Sequence record: MK433583.1
DNA: 17,998 nt
Source: Klebsiella phage ST899-OXA48phi17.2
Reading direction: 5' to 3' (one strand)
Part shown: piece by piece, positions 1 to 8,035 of the stretch
Numbering within the stretch: the first letter of the stretch is position 1
Layout: each line of letters opens with the position of its first letter
The notes under the pieces: model-generated
Seen by the model: only the letters and a program-made list of their open reading frames with translations
What the model was told of the DNA's origin: nothing
Databases searched by the model: none
Program-made: the position numbers and the translations under genes

Positions 1-3000
1 TCAGGCGACATCGCCGGGGTATGAGGCGTCGTCGTATTGGTAGTAAATATCTTTGTATTCCGGTGCAGTAATCTGGCAATTACTGTCACCGGAAGGTGCT
101 ATTTCCTGAACTATCCCATGACGAGCACCTTTCTCACTGTCACTAAACAGCAATCTTGGCAACTCAATATCAGGGTCATCCATGATCCATTCATCCGGGC
201 GAAGGTCATCGCTATATGGCACTGTCAGGGTATAGTCGTCGACCTGCTGTGGCGTGAGTAACTGTGATGCCCCGGCATCCTGAAACTGTATCCAGCATCG
301 AGGGTTTGCGTAGCTCCAGTCGAGTGGTTCAGTAACATGCAGAGTGATTTCCTGCGTGTCATACATCATTGCGTCAATTAAGCAACTGCGAGTTTTCCCC
401 GTAAGGATATCGTCAGAAAGAATAATGTGATCACCAAATTCGTGACACCAGCCCAGCATTTCGGTCGTCGTCGTATAGGTCCGCCGTTGATGCAGATATT
501 TCATCAACCGGCGCATGCCAATTCGAAATGCCCTGTCTGCACTCATGACCACATCAAGTGTGTAGGACTCTGTTTTTCGCGGGTACGGATTATCTGGCGT
601 TCTGCATTGCACCGTTTCTTCTGCCCAGGTTACGGAGTTAATGTATTTCACATCAACTCCGTCGTAATCATCATCAGTAGGTACCCTGAATGATGTCTGC
701 ATTTCCTCTACAGTATCCTGAGGGGTAATGATTCCGGTCCAGTTTTTAATGCCTTCTCGCCCTGCAGAAAGCAGTCCGTCAGACAGTAAGAAATACCCCA
801 TACCAGCCTCAGCTATCTTGTCGAAAATATCCTTAGCCGATGTACTGTCACTGGTAGCCTGATGATCAAAATACTCCCCACGTGGCGTCCAGTAGGTAGA
901 CTCCAGCATATTAATCGTTGCCATATCAATCTGATCATCACGATAACCCAGGTTACGTGCGACATGATAGAACGCCCCGCTGATGGTCCGATCTCCTCCC
1001 CCATCATAATTTCGTGTCGCTACAACGCTGATACGCTTATCTGACTGGGCAGCCAGTTGCCCGCCAGTTTCAACCGTGATACCAATCGTCGAAATTCCGG
1101 CATAAGACGATGGACGTGCCAGCAATCTGCCACGAAGTGCCTGCCAGAACATAGAATCACGAGCATTATTACTACCCTGCTCGTTTTGCCGTCTTATTCT
1201 GACTTCAACAAGTCCAGGGGATAAAAGATTTATTCGGTGTGTAAAACCGAGACCATTAACGTTTTTTTCAGCATAGGGGAATGAGAGCGATTGCCATGCA
1301 CTTCCGCTGCCATACACACGGTACTGAACATCAATCCCTGTATGACGGATCCGTTTTTTACCTTTGCTGTCGAAACCACACAACCCATTCGGGAACGAAA
1401 TATTAACTTCAACTGCATCCACAACTTCGTTTTGTGGGCAGGCCAGGAATGGCCCCATCCAGGTATCACTGTCGTTTAGTCCTGTCGCTTCGTAGTCGAT
1501 CATGGTTCTGATGACGAAGCCTGGCCAGGTAGCATCAATCACACCGCTCACCAGGCGGCTGACGGTCGCAGTGGTCCCATCAGTTGACACTATCTGATAT
1601 TCATTACCTCGATGTGCCAGGGACAAGCGCTGTGTGCCTTCCGGCATGCCTGAAAATGCAGTCCCAGTGGCACTGTTATACGCCAGGGTCAAATTAGCCG
1701 TGACAGCTGCGCTGCCGCCGGTAGATGCCGTTCCGGCAGTGTAAACCGGAGTATCTCCGAAAACAGATACAGGGAGAGAAGACGAGGTAATTGCGCCACC
1801 GGCAAAAGGACTGGATTCCTCAGTGATAAGCACCGTTCCGCCGTTGTCCCGCGCCACCAGACCAGAACCCGTTAGCCCCTCAGTGATGGCCATCAGCAGG
1901 CCGGACATATTCACGTAATCAGCAACCAGAGACACCGGGTAAGTTGTCCCCTGCCAGGTCAGCGTAAACGTGGTACTGCCTGCCGAAAAATCATACGTCG
2001 AGGGGGCTGCGCTGGCCTGAACTTTAGCAGCACTACCGCCCACTCCCGGCACGGCATCCTGTCCTGGTGTAATGGAAGCAATGAAGAGATCGTAATCAAC
2101 ACTGTTAAAACTCAGCGTAACCGGCATACCCACGATCGGTGCGAGTTCAGTGATCAGCTTACTGGCAAATACGCTATAACCTGACGATGTTGAGATCAGA
2201 AAGTTAGTCGGCGCTTTTATCTCTACAATGGTCCCTTCCACCCAGCTGTCAGGTAGCGCGTTGTCATCCTCATCTTCATCATCGTCGTCATCGGTGTCCA
2301 GGCCGGTAAACGTTACAGTTGCACCTGAGACGGTCATACTGTCGGCGATAATGTCATCTGAATCCGGCGAGGTCTGCGCCATATCTAACCCAGACCCACT
2401 CGATGTCCCACCGACCTCTGTACTGTTGAACCAGTTTTCGCTTCGCTGATCACCCAATACACTGTCATCCGGCCCATATCCGGTAAAACTGAACCCATCG
2501 CCCAGTGTTACCGCTGGCGTTTCGCCGACACGAAAATCCCCCCCGGCATATGAAAACCTGCCGTAACCAAGGCAAACGAACATTTCCACCGTCATTCTGG
2601 TAGGGTCATTCGGGTCGAACCGGGTAACAGGCTGCACCAGATAATCAGGATAAATTCGGTTTCGACCAAATGCCTCCCGGATGGGCTCTCCGAGTTTTGC
2701 TGTATTCGCCTTAGCCGGATTCAGGTCAAGTGAAGTACCATTATTAGATGAAAAGCCACCCAGTTCAGGTTTAGGCGCGAAAAATAACGCATAGGCAGTC
2801 GAGGCTATCGAAACAGCGATCGATACCCACACGGCAATTTCTAATCCGGTGCCGTAGGGAATCGGGTAAATTTTAACATCGCTGTCGGGCCGTAAATAAC
2901 ATAAAGGCCACTCAGTCGGAGGGACTATTTTCCCGTCTAACTCAACGGAGATCGGATGTGTTTTCTCCTGCGAATAACTCGGGACATTTTTTTCCATCCA

Positions 3001-3081
3001 TTCATGAAGTGTTAACACTCCATGCTTATGTGTTTCCAGTGGCTCTCCAGGAAGGCGGGAGGGGTAAATCCTGATTGTCAT
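1..3081 (-). CDS. Tail tip / host-specificity protein. The N-terminal ~150 aa resemble lambda gpI (ubiquitin-like fold, hydrophobic segment, glycine-rich motif) and are fused in frame to a gpJ-like central tail fibre protein (1026 aa, complete; stop codon at positions 1-3).
   Basis: Position after the K-like gene. The N-terminal pattern IRIYPSRLPGEP...VKIYPIPYGTG plus the hydrophobic IAVWVSIAVSIASTAYALFFAP parallels lambda gpI. It is a long protein with a Gly/Ser/Thr-rich region and a conserved C-terminal half typical of J-like proteins. The first ~56 nt of the ORF overlap the upstream gene. Confidence 0.65.
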   Translation of the reverse strand: MTIRIYPSRLPGEPLETHKHGVLTLHEWMEKNVPSYSQEKTHPISVELDGKIVPPTEWPLCYLRPDSDVKIYPIPYGTGLEIAVWVSIAVSIASTAYALFFAPKPELGGFSSNNGTSLDLNPAKANTAKLGEPIREAFGRNRIYPDYLVQPVTRFDPNDPTRMTVEMFVCLGYGRFSYAGGDFRVGETPAVTLGDGFSFTGYGPDDSVLGDQRSENWFNSTEVGGTSSGSGLDMAQTSPDSDDIIADSMTVSGATVTFTGLDTDDDDDEDEDDNALPDSWVEGTIVEIKAPTNFLISTSSGYSVFASKLITELAPIVGMPVTLSFNSVDYDLFIASITPGQDAVPGVGGSAAKVQASAAPSTYDFSAGSTTFTLTWQGTTYPVSLVADYVNMSGLLMAITEGLTGSGLVARDNGGTVLITEESSPFAGGAITSSSLPVSVFGDTPVYTAGTASTGGSAAVTANLTLAYNSATGTAFSGMPEGTQRLSLAHRGNEYQIVSTDGTTATVSRLVSGVIDATWPGFVIRTMIDYEATGLNDSDTWMGPFLACPQNEVVDAVEVNISFPNGLCGFDSKGKKRIRHTGIDVQYRVYGSGSAWQSLSFPYAEKNVNGLGFTHRINLLSPGLVEVRIRRQNEQGSNNARDSMFWQALRGRLLARPSSYAGISTIGITVETGGQLAAQSDKRISVVATRNYDGGGDRTISGAFYHVARNLGYRDDQIDMATINMLESTYWTPRGEYFDHQATSDSTSAKDIFDKIAEAGMGYFLLSDGLLSAGREGIKNWTGIITPQDTVEEMQTSFRVPTDDDYDGVDVKYINSVTWAEETVQCRTPDNPYPRKTESYTLDVVMSADRAFRIGMRRLMKYLHQRRTYTTTTEMLGWCHEFGDHIILSDDILTGKTRSCLIDAMMYDTQEITLHVTEPLDWSYANPRCWIQFQDAGASQLLTPQQVDDYTLTVPYSDDLRPDEWIMDDPDIELPRLLFSDSEKGARHGIVQEIAPSGDSNCQITAPEYKDIYYQYDDASYPGDVA

Positions 3082-3412
3082 TGCCAGAACTCCACAACGT
3101 ACCAGGGTTGCATTCCGCTATCTGTAGCTGATCATCCAGCAGCACAACAATCCCCACATGAGAGACGGTTGATCCCGAATAACAGGCCACCCCGGCACCT
3201 AAGCACGGTTCACAACGTTTAAGCGATTTCATAAAGTTCCGCGCTTCCCGGTCAAGGCCACCGCCGTCTTTAGTCACACCGGCGAAATCAGGCCACACAG
3301 GCAGGTCCAGATCTTTGCGAATTTCATTAATGATTCCGAAACAATCGAGTTCCGGGTATACGCGACCGCCTTTCAGCCAGGTGACTGAACGGTATTTTTC
3401 AGGGTCAAACAT
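3026..3412 (-). CDS. Phage tail-associated NlpC/P60-family cysteine peptidase (corresponds to the C-terminal domain of lambda gpK; no MPN/JAB domain)
   Basis: Catalytic motifs DCFG (Cys) and SHVGIVV (His) in a 128 aa protein. GAGG Shine-Dalgarno 8 nt upstream. Sits between the L-like gene and the J-like gene, as in lambda. Confidence 0.7.
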   Translation of the reverse strand: MFDPEKYRSVTWLKGGRVYPELDCFGIINEIRKDLDLPVWPDFAGVTKDGGGLDREARNFMKSLKRCEPCLGAGVACYSGSTVSHVGIVVLLDDQLQIAECNPGTLWSSGNDNQDLPLPPSWRATGNT

Positions 3413-3427
3413 AGGGGAAACCTCAAA

Positions 3428-3904
3428 TCAGTAGCGTAAGCCAGGGTGCCAGGCGAGGTTGTATCGGTTACGCGGCCACGCCGTTTTAAGGATATTCATG
3501 TACCCGGCAGTCATCTGAACAGCGGTTTGTGTCCAGGAGCCAGATATAACGTCAAGGGTATAAGGTGCGGCTGCAGGGGCTGATAAATCAGTTGAAATAT
3601 ACCGGCGAAACGTCAACGTTGCTGACTTCATTTCATCGAGCAGCGTATCAATAGCGCCAGAAACCTCGCCGTCAATATTGCTGATCGCGAATTTCAAATC
3701 CTGAGTTCCATCAGCGTTGCGGGCTGGCAAAGCGATATCAATGGCACACCCCTCAAATGTCGCCTGTTGACCATTTTCGAGCGTAACAGAAACATTATCC
3801 CAGCCGCTGGTCAGCCAGTAGTTTTGATCGCCGGCGGTGATTTGCAACGTATCGTGGATGACTTCCGATCCGCTGCTGGCATAGAGTCTTTCGAGTATGG
3901 TCAT
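3428..3904 (-). CDS. Minor tail protein, gpL-like N-terminal domain (158 aa; start reassigned to the ATG overlapping the upstream stop as ATGA)
   Basis: The track ORF 3428..4006 overlaps the upstream gene by 106 nt. An internal ATG at 3902-3904 forms an ATGA overlap with the stop of the M-like gene. The residue pattern (YWLTSGW...VSVTLENG...TLTFRRY) parallels the lambda gpL N-terminal region. It lacks the Cys-rich C-terminus. Confidence 0.5.
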   Translation of the reverse strand: MTILERLYASSGSEVIHDTLQITAGDQNYWLTSGWDNVSVTLENGQQATFEGCAIDIALPARNADGTQDLKFAISNIDGEVSGAIDTLLDEMKSATLTFRRYISTDLSAPAAAPYTLDVISGSWTQTAVQMTAGYMNILKTAWPRNRYNLAWHPGLRY

Positions 3905-4371
3905 GCTTTCGGCCACTCTTTGTTCAGTGCGATGTCCAGTAGTGATTGACCGGCCAGCCATTCCGGGTAATTTCCCCAGCCCAGTGGTGGTAAAGGTCGT
4001 TCCCATAGCTCCAGGGTCGCACTGTATTGCCAGTACTTTGGAGCAACGAGCGTCGGTCCTTCGTAGATATCAACAAACCTGGCCTTGTAAGGCTTCACTC
4101 CGATCGGGGTCTGCAGCCTTATGTAAAACCAGGACTGTCCATCTTTGAGCACATCCCTGAAAAACGCCTCGAACACCTGTGCCAGGGCGTCAGTCTGGAA
4201 AATCCATTTAACTGAGGCCTGGGTCGGTGTCGAGGTGTAAAGACGCCGCTGACGTGCGCGACCAGACGTCATTTCCGTCCGTAACAGTGGTGATATGGGC
4301 TTAAATCCGTACCCGTCCATAAGTGGCATGGGCAGGTAATCGTCCGGATAGATAATATCTGCCATTGACAT
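3901..4371 (-). CDS. Minor tail protein, gpM-like
   Basis: First gene after the tape measure gene. Residue pattern MDGYGFK...ALAQVFEAFFRDVLKDGQSWFYIRL parallels lambda gpM (GDGYSQR...LESFLEEHGGWKSFLW). GGAGG Shine-Dalgarno upstream. Confidence 0.55.
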   Translation of the reverse strand: MSMADIIYPDDYLPMPLMDGYGFKPISPLLRTEMTSGRARQRRLYTSTPTQASVKWIFQTDALAQVFEAFFRDVLKDGQSWFYIRLQTPIGVKPYKARFVDIYEGPTLVAPKYWQYSATLELWERPLPPLGWGNYPEWLAGQSLLDIALNKEWPKA

Positions 4372-4387
4372 TCCCTCCGGCAGGTTT

Positions 4388-7300
4388 TCAGGTAGGTTTT
4401 TTAGCCTGCAAATTAGTGTAAATAGCCCGTCCGAATTTATTCTGCGGTTTAGTAACCTCAGCAGTGAGCTTATTGATGATGCGTTGTTCTAGTGCAGCAT
4501 TCCGGCGGTCAACAGCAAGCATCGTTGCGTCGTCAGGCTGCCCGGTAAAGGTACTGCGGGCGTCAACACTGACGGCAATACGTGGCTGCGCCTCGATCTG
4601 CCTGGCGGCTTCCTGGACTGCCGGTGACTGACGACCAACAGCGCGAACCCCTAACGAACCATCCGCCCCTCTCGTCAGCGGCATGATGGCTTCCGGACCC
4701 GCCTCACCGAATACACCCGCCCCTTTTGCAAACGCAAAATACTGCGGAGTGCTGTATACGCCCCCGCTGTATGCAGAAAGCGACGGAGAGTCGTAGACGC
4801 CGCCCAGCGCGTTAAACGAGAAATTTGCACCAGCACTCTGGATAGCGGTTCCGCTGCTCTCCGAGCCAGCGCTACCAATGCTTCCAAAAATGCTACTGAA
4901 CATGCCTCCATAACCCCCGCCAACCATCGACAGAATGGCTTTCGTAATCAAAGCCTGCGTGGCTACCTGGATCAGCGTCTTAATAATGGTTTCACCCATC
5001 GACGTGAAAACATTCGAGATACCTTCCTTGAATGACACCGCCCCCGTAAGAACGTCGGTCATATTGCTGGAAATAGAGTTAGTGGCATTATTGAGAATTT
5101 CGCTGGTCGCTGATGCCGACATTGAACTGAGATCAGCAGCCTGATCCACATAATTCATCAGTGAATCACTGATGCCTGCTCTCCAGTCCGACTGCTGCTC
5201 ATCAACTTTTTTGTAGTAGTCCTCCTGTATTGTCAGCCTTTCATCAAGCGCTGTTTTCAGGGCTTCCGTTTGCTGCTTATAGAGGTCTTCAGATATTTCA
5301 CCCCGACTGAAGTCACGCTGCAGATCACGCTGCTGCTTCAGAAAGTCAGTGCGAATATCAGCCATCTCCTTCATACGGTCGCGCGCTTTATCTCCCGCAC
5401 CGGCACCTAGGAAATCAATATTCCCTCTGTCGCGAGCAGCTGCGTTGCTGTCAGCCAAACCCTCACGGAACGTTTTTAACTGCTCAGCAATGTTTTTCTG
5501 ATCGATAAGCGCGGCATTTTGCAGAAGGGTTTCTTTTTTGGCTTGCTCAAGGGAAGTCAGTTCCCCTTGGGTAACCTGGTATTTTACTTTTGCCAGTTCA
5601 GTATTCTGGCTGCCGAGGCTTATTTGCTCCTGCTGCTGTTTAATTAGACGCTTGTAAACGTCCTCTGTTTTTTCAGCAGCCTTTACCTCTTCGCTTTTTG
5701 GCCCTTTACGTACGGGTTTATTAGCTTCATCATTTTGCCACTTCGCTAACCCCTGGTTAACATACAGATCGCGGTTTGTTTTGAATTGAGGTTCATCCTT
5801 AAGACCTAATTCATCAGCGGCATAACCTAACCGGGCTCTTTCCTTTGCCTCTCCTTTAAGTTTTGATAACTCCAGATCCTGACGACTCTTTTCAAGGGCA
5901 TTGGTTTGTTGGGATGTTAAATCAGCCTGTGGCATTCGCATTGGGACGTTAACCAGGCCCTGCCGTTCCATTAAAAGCTGGTTTCCCAATCCAAGCAAAC
6001 GGTTAACTTCTGAGTATTTACCAGTCATCATTACAAGATTCTGGTATTCATCATTTTGACGCCAGGCCCGATCTTTAATAAGATCGTTTCTTCTTCTCTC
6101 TTGCTCCTCGAGTGCTTTTAATATATCGCTGGACTTTTCACGCATCTGGCGAAGTTTGTCTTCTTCTACGACAACCTGCTCTGTCAGGATTGCAATTGCT
6201 TTTGTAATATTTAAATCGTTTTCTTGGGTAATACCAGGCTTACTTCTACTTTCATTCAGATCCTGTATTTGTTTATTAAGACCACTTACACTCTTTTGCT
6301 GCTCATCAATCAGGCGCTTTTGCTCCTGCATCGCCTCAACTGTCAGTTTTCGGTTGTTATCAACCTCAGGAAGCGACATGGATGAGGTTTTTTCTCTGAT
6401 TTGATCTATCTGGCTGGCATACTCCTGCGCCGACTTTCTGGCTTGTTCCTGGCTTTGATACATAGCGTACCATGCGCCAGCACCTAGCATAACTAACCCA
6501 GGTATGCCGCCGACCAGTCCAAGAGCACCGCTCATCAACCGTGTGCCTGCGGATGTAACGCTGTTAAGGTTATTTTGAGCAGAAACCCGGCCTGCAATAT
6601 TACGACTAAGCGCCGCTTGCGCTGCGGCAAGTTTTCTTTCTGCTACGGTCTGAGCATCTGCATTTTTTGCAGCCACAAGCCCAGCTTGAGCGCGTTCGAG
6701 AGCTGTTTTTGCGCGAACTTTTTCTGTAGCCGTCCCCGTAGCAAGAGCCGAAGACAACCGTCCCTGTGCAGCAGTAACCTTTGCTTCAGCAGCCGCAACC
6801 CTCTCCTGTTGCGCAGCCTGAACATCAGCGCTTTTAGCAGACTGAAGTGCTTGTTGGGCCCGATAAACTGCAGCGCGGGAAGCGGCAACAGAAGATTGGG
6901 CGGCTTTTTCCTGTGCAACAGCAAGAGCCACTTCTGATTTTGCAGCTGAAATAAGCGCCCCGGTGGCGCTGGTTGCGCTAGTAACAATCCCGCCAAGATA
7001 CCGAGCTAAGCCGATGCCAACGAGCCCACCAGCGGCAGTGGTTATCAGGGACATATTATCAGCTACATCACTGAGAGCCCCGCTGACGGCTGAAGATGTG
7101 AGAGAGTCCAGTGTTCCCGCCAATCCATCGAGACCGCCAGAAAGAGCATCTGTCGCGCCAGTTGCCTGGTTCACCCCGCCAACCCATGCCATAAACGAGT
7201 TAGTGACTTTTTGCATTGAACCGGACACTGTAGGCGGTAATGAGGAAAATTCCCCCTGTAAAACACCTAACTGACTGATTAATGCTGGCACGACTTTATC

Positions 7301-7972
7301 AATGGTAAGTTGCCCCTGATCAGCCATTGCTTTCAGGTCTTTTCGGGCAACCCCCATACCAGCGGCCAAGGCGCGGATGACGCGATCCCCCGCTTCGTTA
7401 ACGGCATTAAACTCTTCGCCACGTAACACACCTTGGGCAAGCGACTGGCTAAACTGGGTAATAACAGAACCGGATTCTTCTGTGCTTGCACCAGATAGTT
7501 TAAGTCCTGTTGACACCGCCTCGGTGATTTTGAGTACTTCATCTGAGCTGTAGCCAAATTCACGCATTGATGCTGCTGCGCGAGAAAATAAATTAGCGTT
7601 ATCAGTAAAAGCAGTGCCCGTGCTCTGGCTAATCGCCATTAAACGAGTCTGAGATAAAGTAAAATCATTTGTAGATATGGATGCTTGCTTAAGCCGTGCA
7701 TTTACTGAGTTCCATTGGTCTGCAATCTGAACCAGTTTTCCAGTAGCAAATGCTGCAGCTGCAGCCGTAGCAGCTCGACCAGCTGAAGCAAATCCATCCG
7801 TTAACTCGGAAAGAGCTTTTTGGCTTTCTTTCGCAGCAGCAGCAGCCTGACGCCCACCATTTTGCATGGTTTTATAATAGTCTTGTCCCATGCGTGAAGC
7901 GCGGGCGATCTCAGTCTGGAATGACTGAGAGTTTGCTGAAACCTTAATGATAAGCTCACGTAGGGTTGCCAT
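4388..7972 (-). CDS. Tail tape measure protein (~1194 aa from ATG 7970-7972; the track start at 7993 is a TTG lying inside a terminator U-tract)
   Basis: Very long Ala/Gln-rich protein with coiled-coil repeats, a glycine-rich hydrophobic segment, and a position between the chaperones and the tip genes. GAGGAA Shine-Dalgarno 5 nt upstream of ATG 7972 (MATLRELII...). Confidence 0.9.
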   Translation of the reverse strand: MATLRELIIKVSANSQSFQTEIARASRMGQDYYKTMQNGGRQAAAAAKESQKALSELTDGFASAGRAATAAAAAFATGKLVQIADQWNSVNARLKQASISTNDFTLSQTRLMAISQSTGTAFTDNANLFSRAAASMREFGYSSDEVLKITEAVSTGLKLSGASTEESGSVITQFSQSLAQGVLRGEEFNAVNEAGDRVIRALAAGMGVARKDLKAMADQGQLTIDKVVPALISQLGVLQGEFSSLPPTVSGSMQKVTNSFMAWVGGVNQATGATDALSGGLDGLAGTLDSLTSSAVSGALSDVADNMSLITTAAGGLVGIGLARYLGGIVTSATSATGALISAAKSEVALAVAQEKAAQSSVAASRAAVYRAQQALQSAKSADVQAAQQERVAAAEAKVTAAQGRLSSALATGTATEKVRAKTALERAQAGLVAAKNADAQTVAERKLAAAQAALSRNIAGRVSAQNNLNSVTSAGTRLMSGALGLVGGIPGLVMLGAGAWYAMYQSQEQARKSAQEYASQIDQIREKTSSMSLPEVDNNRKLTVEAMQEQKRLIDEQQKSVSGLNKQIQDLNESRSKPGITQENDLNITKAIAILTEQVVVEEDKLRQMREKSSDILKALEEQERRRNDLIKDRAWRQNDEYQNLVMMTGKYSEVNRLLGLGNQLLMERQGLVNVPMRMPQADLTSQQTNALEKSRQDLELSKLKGEAKERARLGYAADELGLKDEPQFKTNRDLYVNQGLAKWQNDEANKPVRKGPKSEEVKAAEKTEDVYKRLIKQQQEQISLGSQNTELAKVKYQVTQGELTSLEQAKKETLLQNAALIDQKNIAEQLKTFREGLADSNAAARDRGNIDFLGAGAGDKARDRMKEMADIRTDFLKQQRDLQRDFSRGEISEDLYKQQTEALKTALDERLTIQEDYYKKVDEQQSDWRAGISDSLMNYVDQAADLSSMSASATSEILNNATNSISSNMTDVLTGAVSFKEGISNVFTSMGETIIKTLIQVATQALITKAILSMVGGGYGGMFSSIFGSIGSAGSESSGTAIQSAGANFSFNALGGVYDSPSLSAYSGGVYSTPQYFAFAKGAGVFGEAGPEAIMPLTRGADGSLGVRAVGRQSPAVQEAARQIEAQPRIAVSVDARSTFTGQPDDATMLAVDRRNAALEQRIINKLTAEVTKPQNKFGRAIYTNLQAKKPT

Positions 7973-7991
7973 TTCATTTCCTCGCAGATAC

Positions 7992-8013
7992 AAAAAAAAC
8001 CGCCTAAGCGGTT
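7992..8013. terminator. Bidirectional intrinsic terminator (stem aaccgc / gcggtt, loop ctaa, with an A8 run on one side and a T-rich run on the other)
   Basis: GC stem-loop flanked by poly-A on the plus strand (equivalent to poly-U on the minus-strand transcript) and by ttcttta downstream. Lies between the moron stop (8036) and the tape measure ribosome-binding site. Confidence 0.7.
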
Positions 8014-8035
8014 TTCTTTAATTAGCAAGAAAGTA

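Noticed and set aside
1-3081. Diversity-generating retroelement targeting the tail fibre
   Set aside because: No reverse transcriptase gene and no template/variable repeat pair is visible in the window. The C-terminus of the tip protein ends at position 1, so a downstream template repeat cannot be assessed.
6575-6996. Overlapping 120 aa (plus strand) and 117 aa (minus strand, other frame) ORFs inside the tape measure gene
   Set aside because: Products of the GC-rich Ala/Gln repeat region of the tape measure gene. Not independent genes.
7991-7993. TTG start for the tape measure gene given by the ORF track
   Set aside because: It lies inside the terminator U-tract with no Shine-Dalgarno. The ATG at 7970-7972 has a GAGGAA Shine-Dalgarno at ideal spacing.
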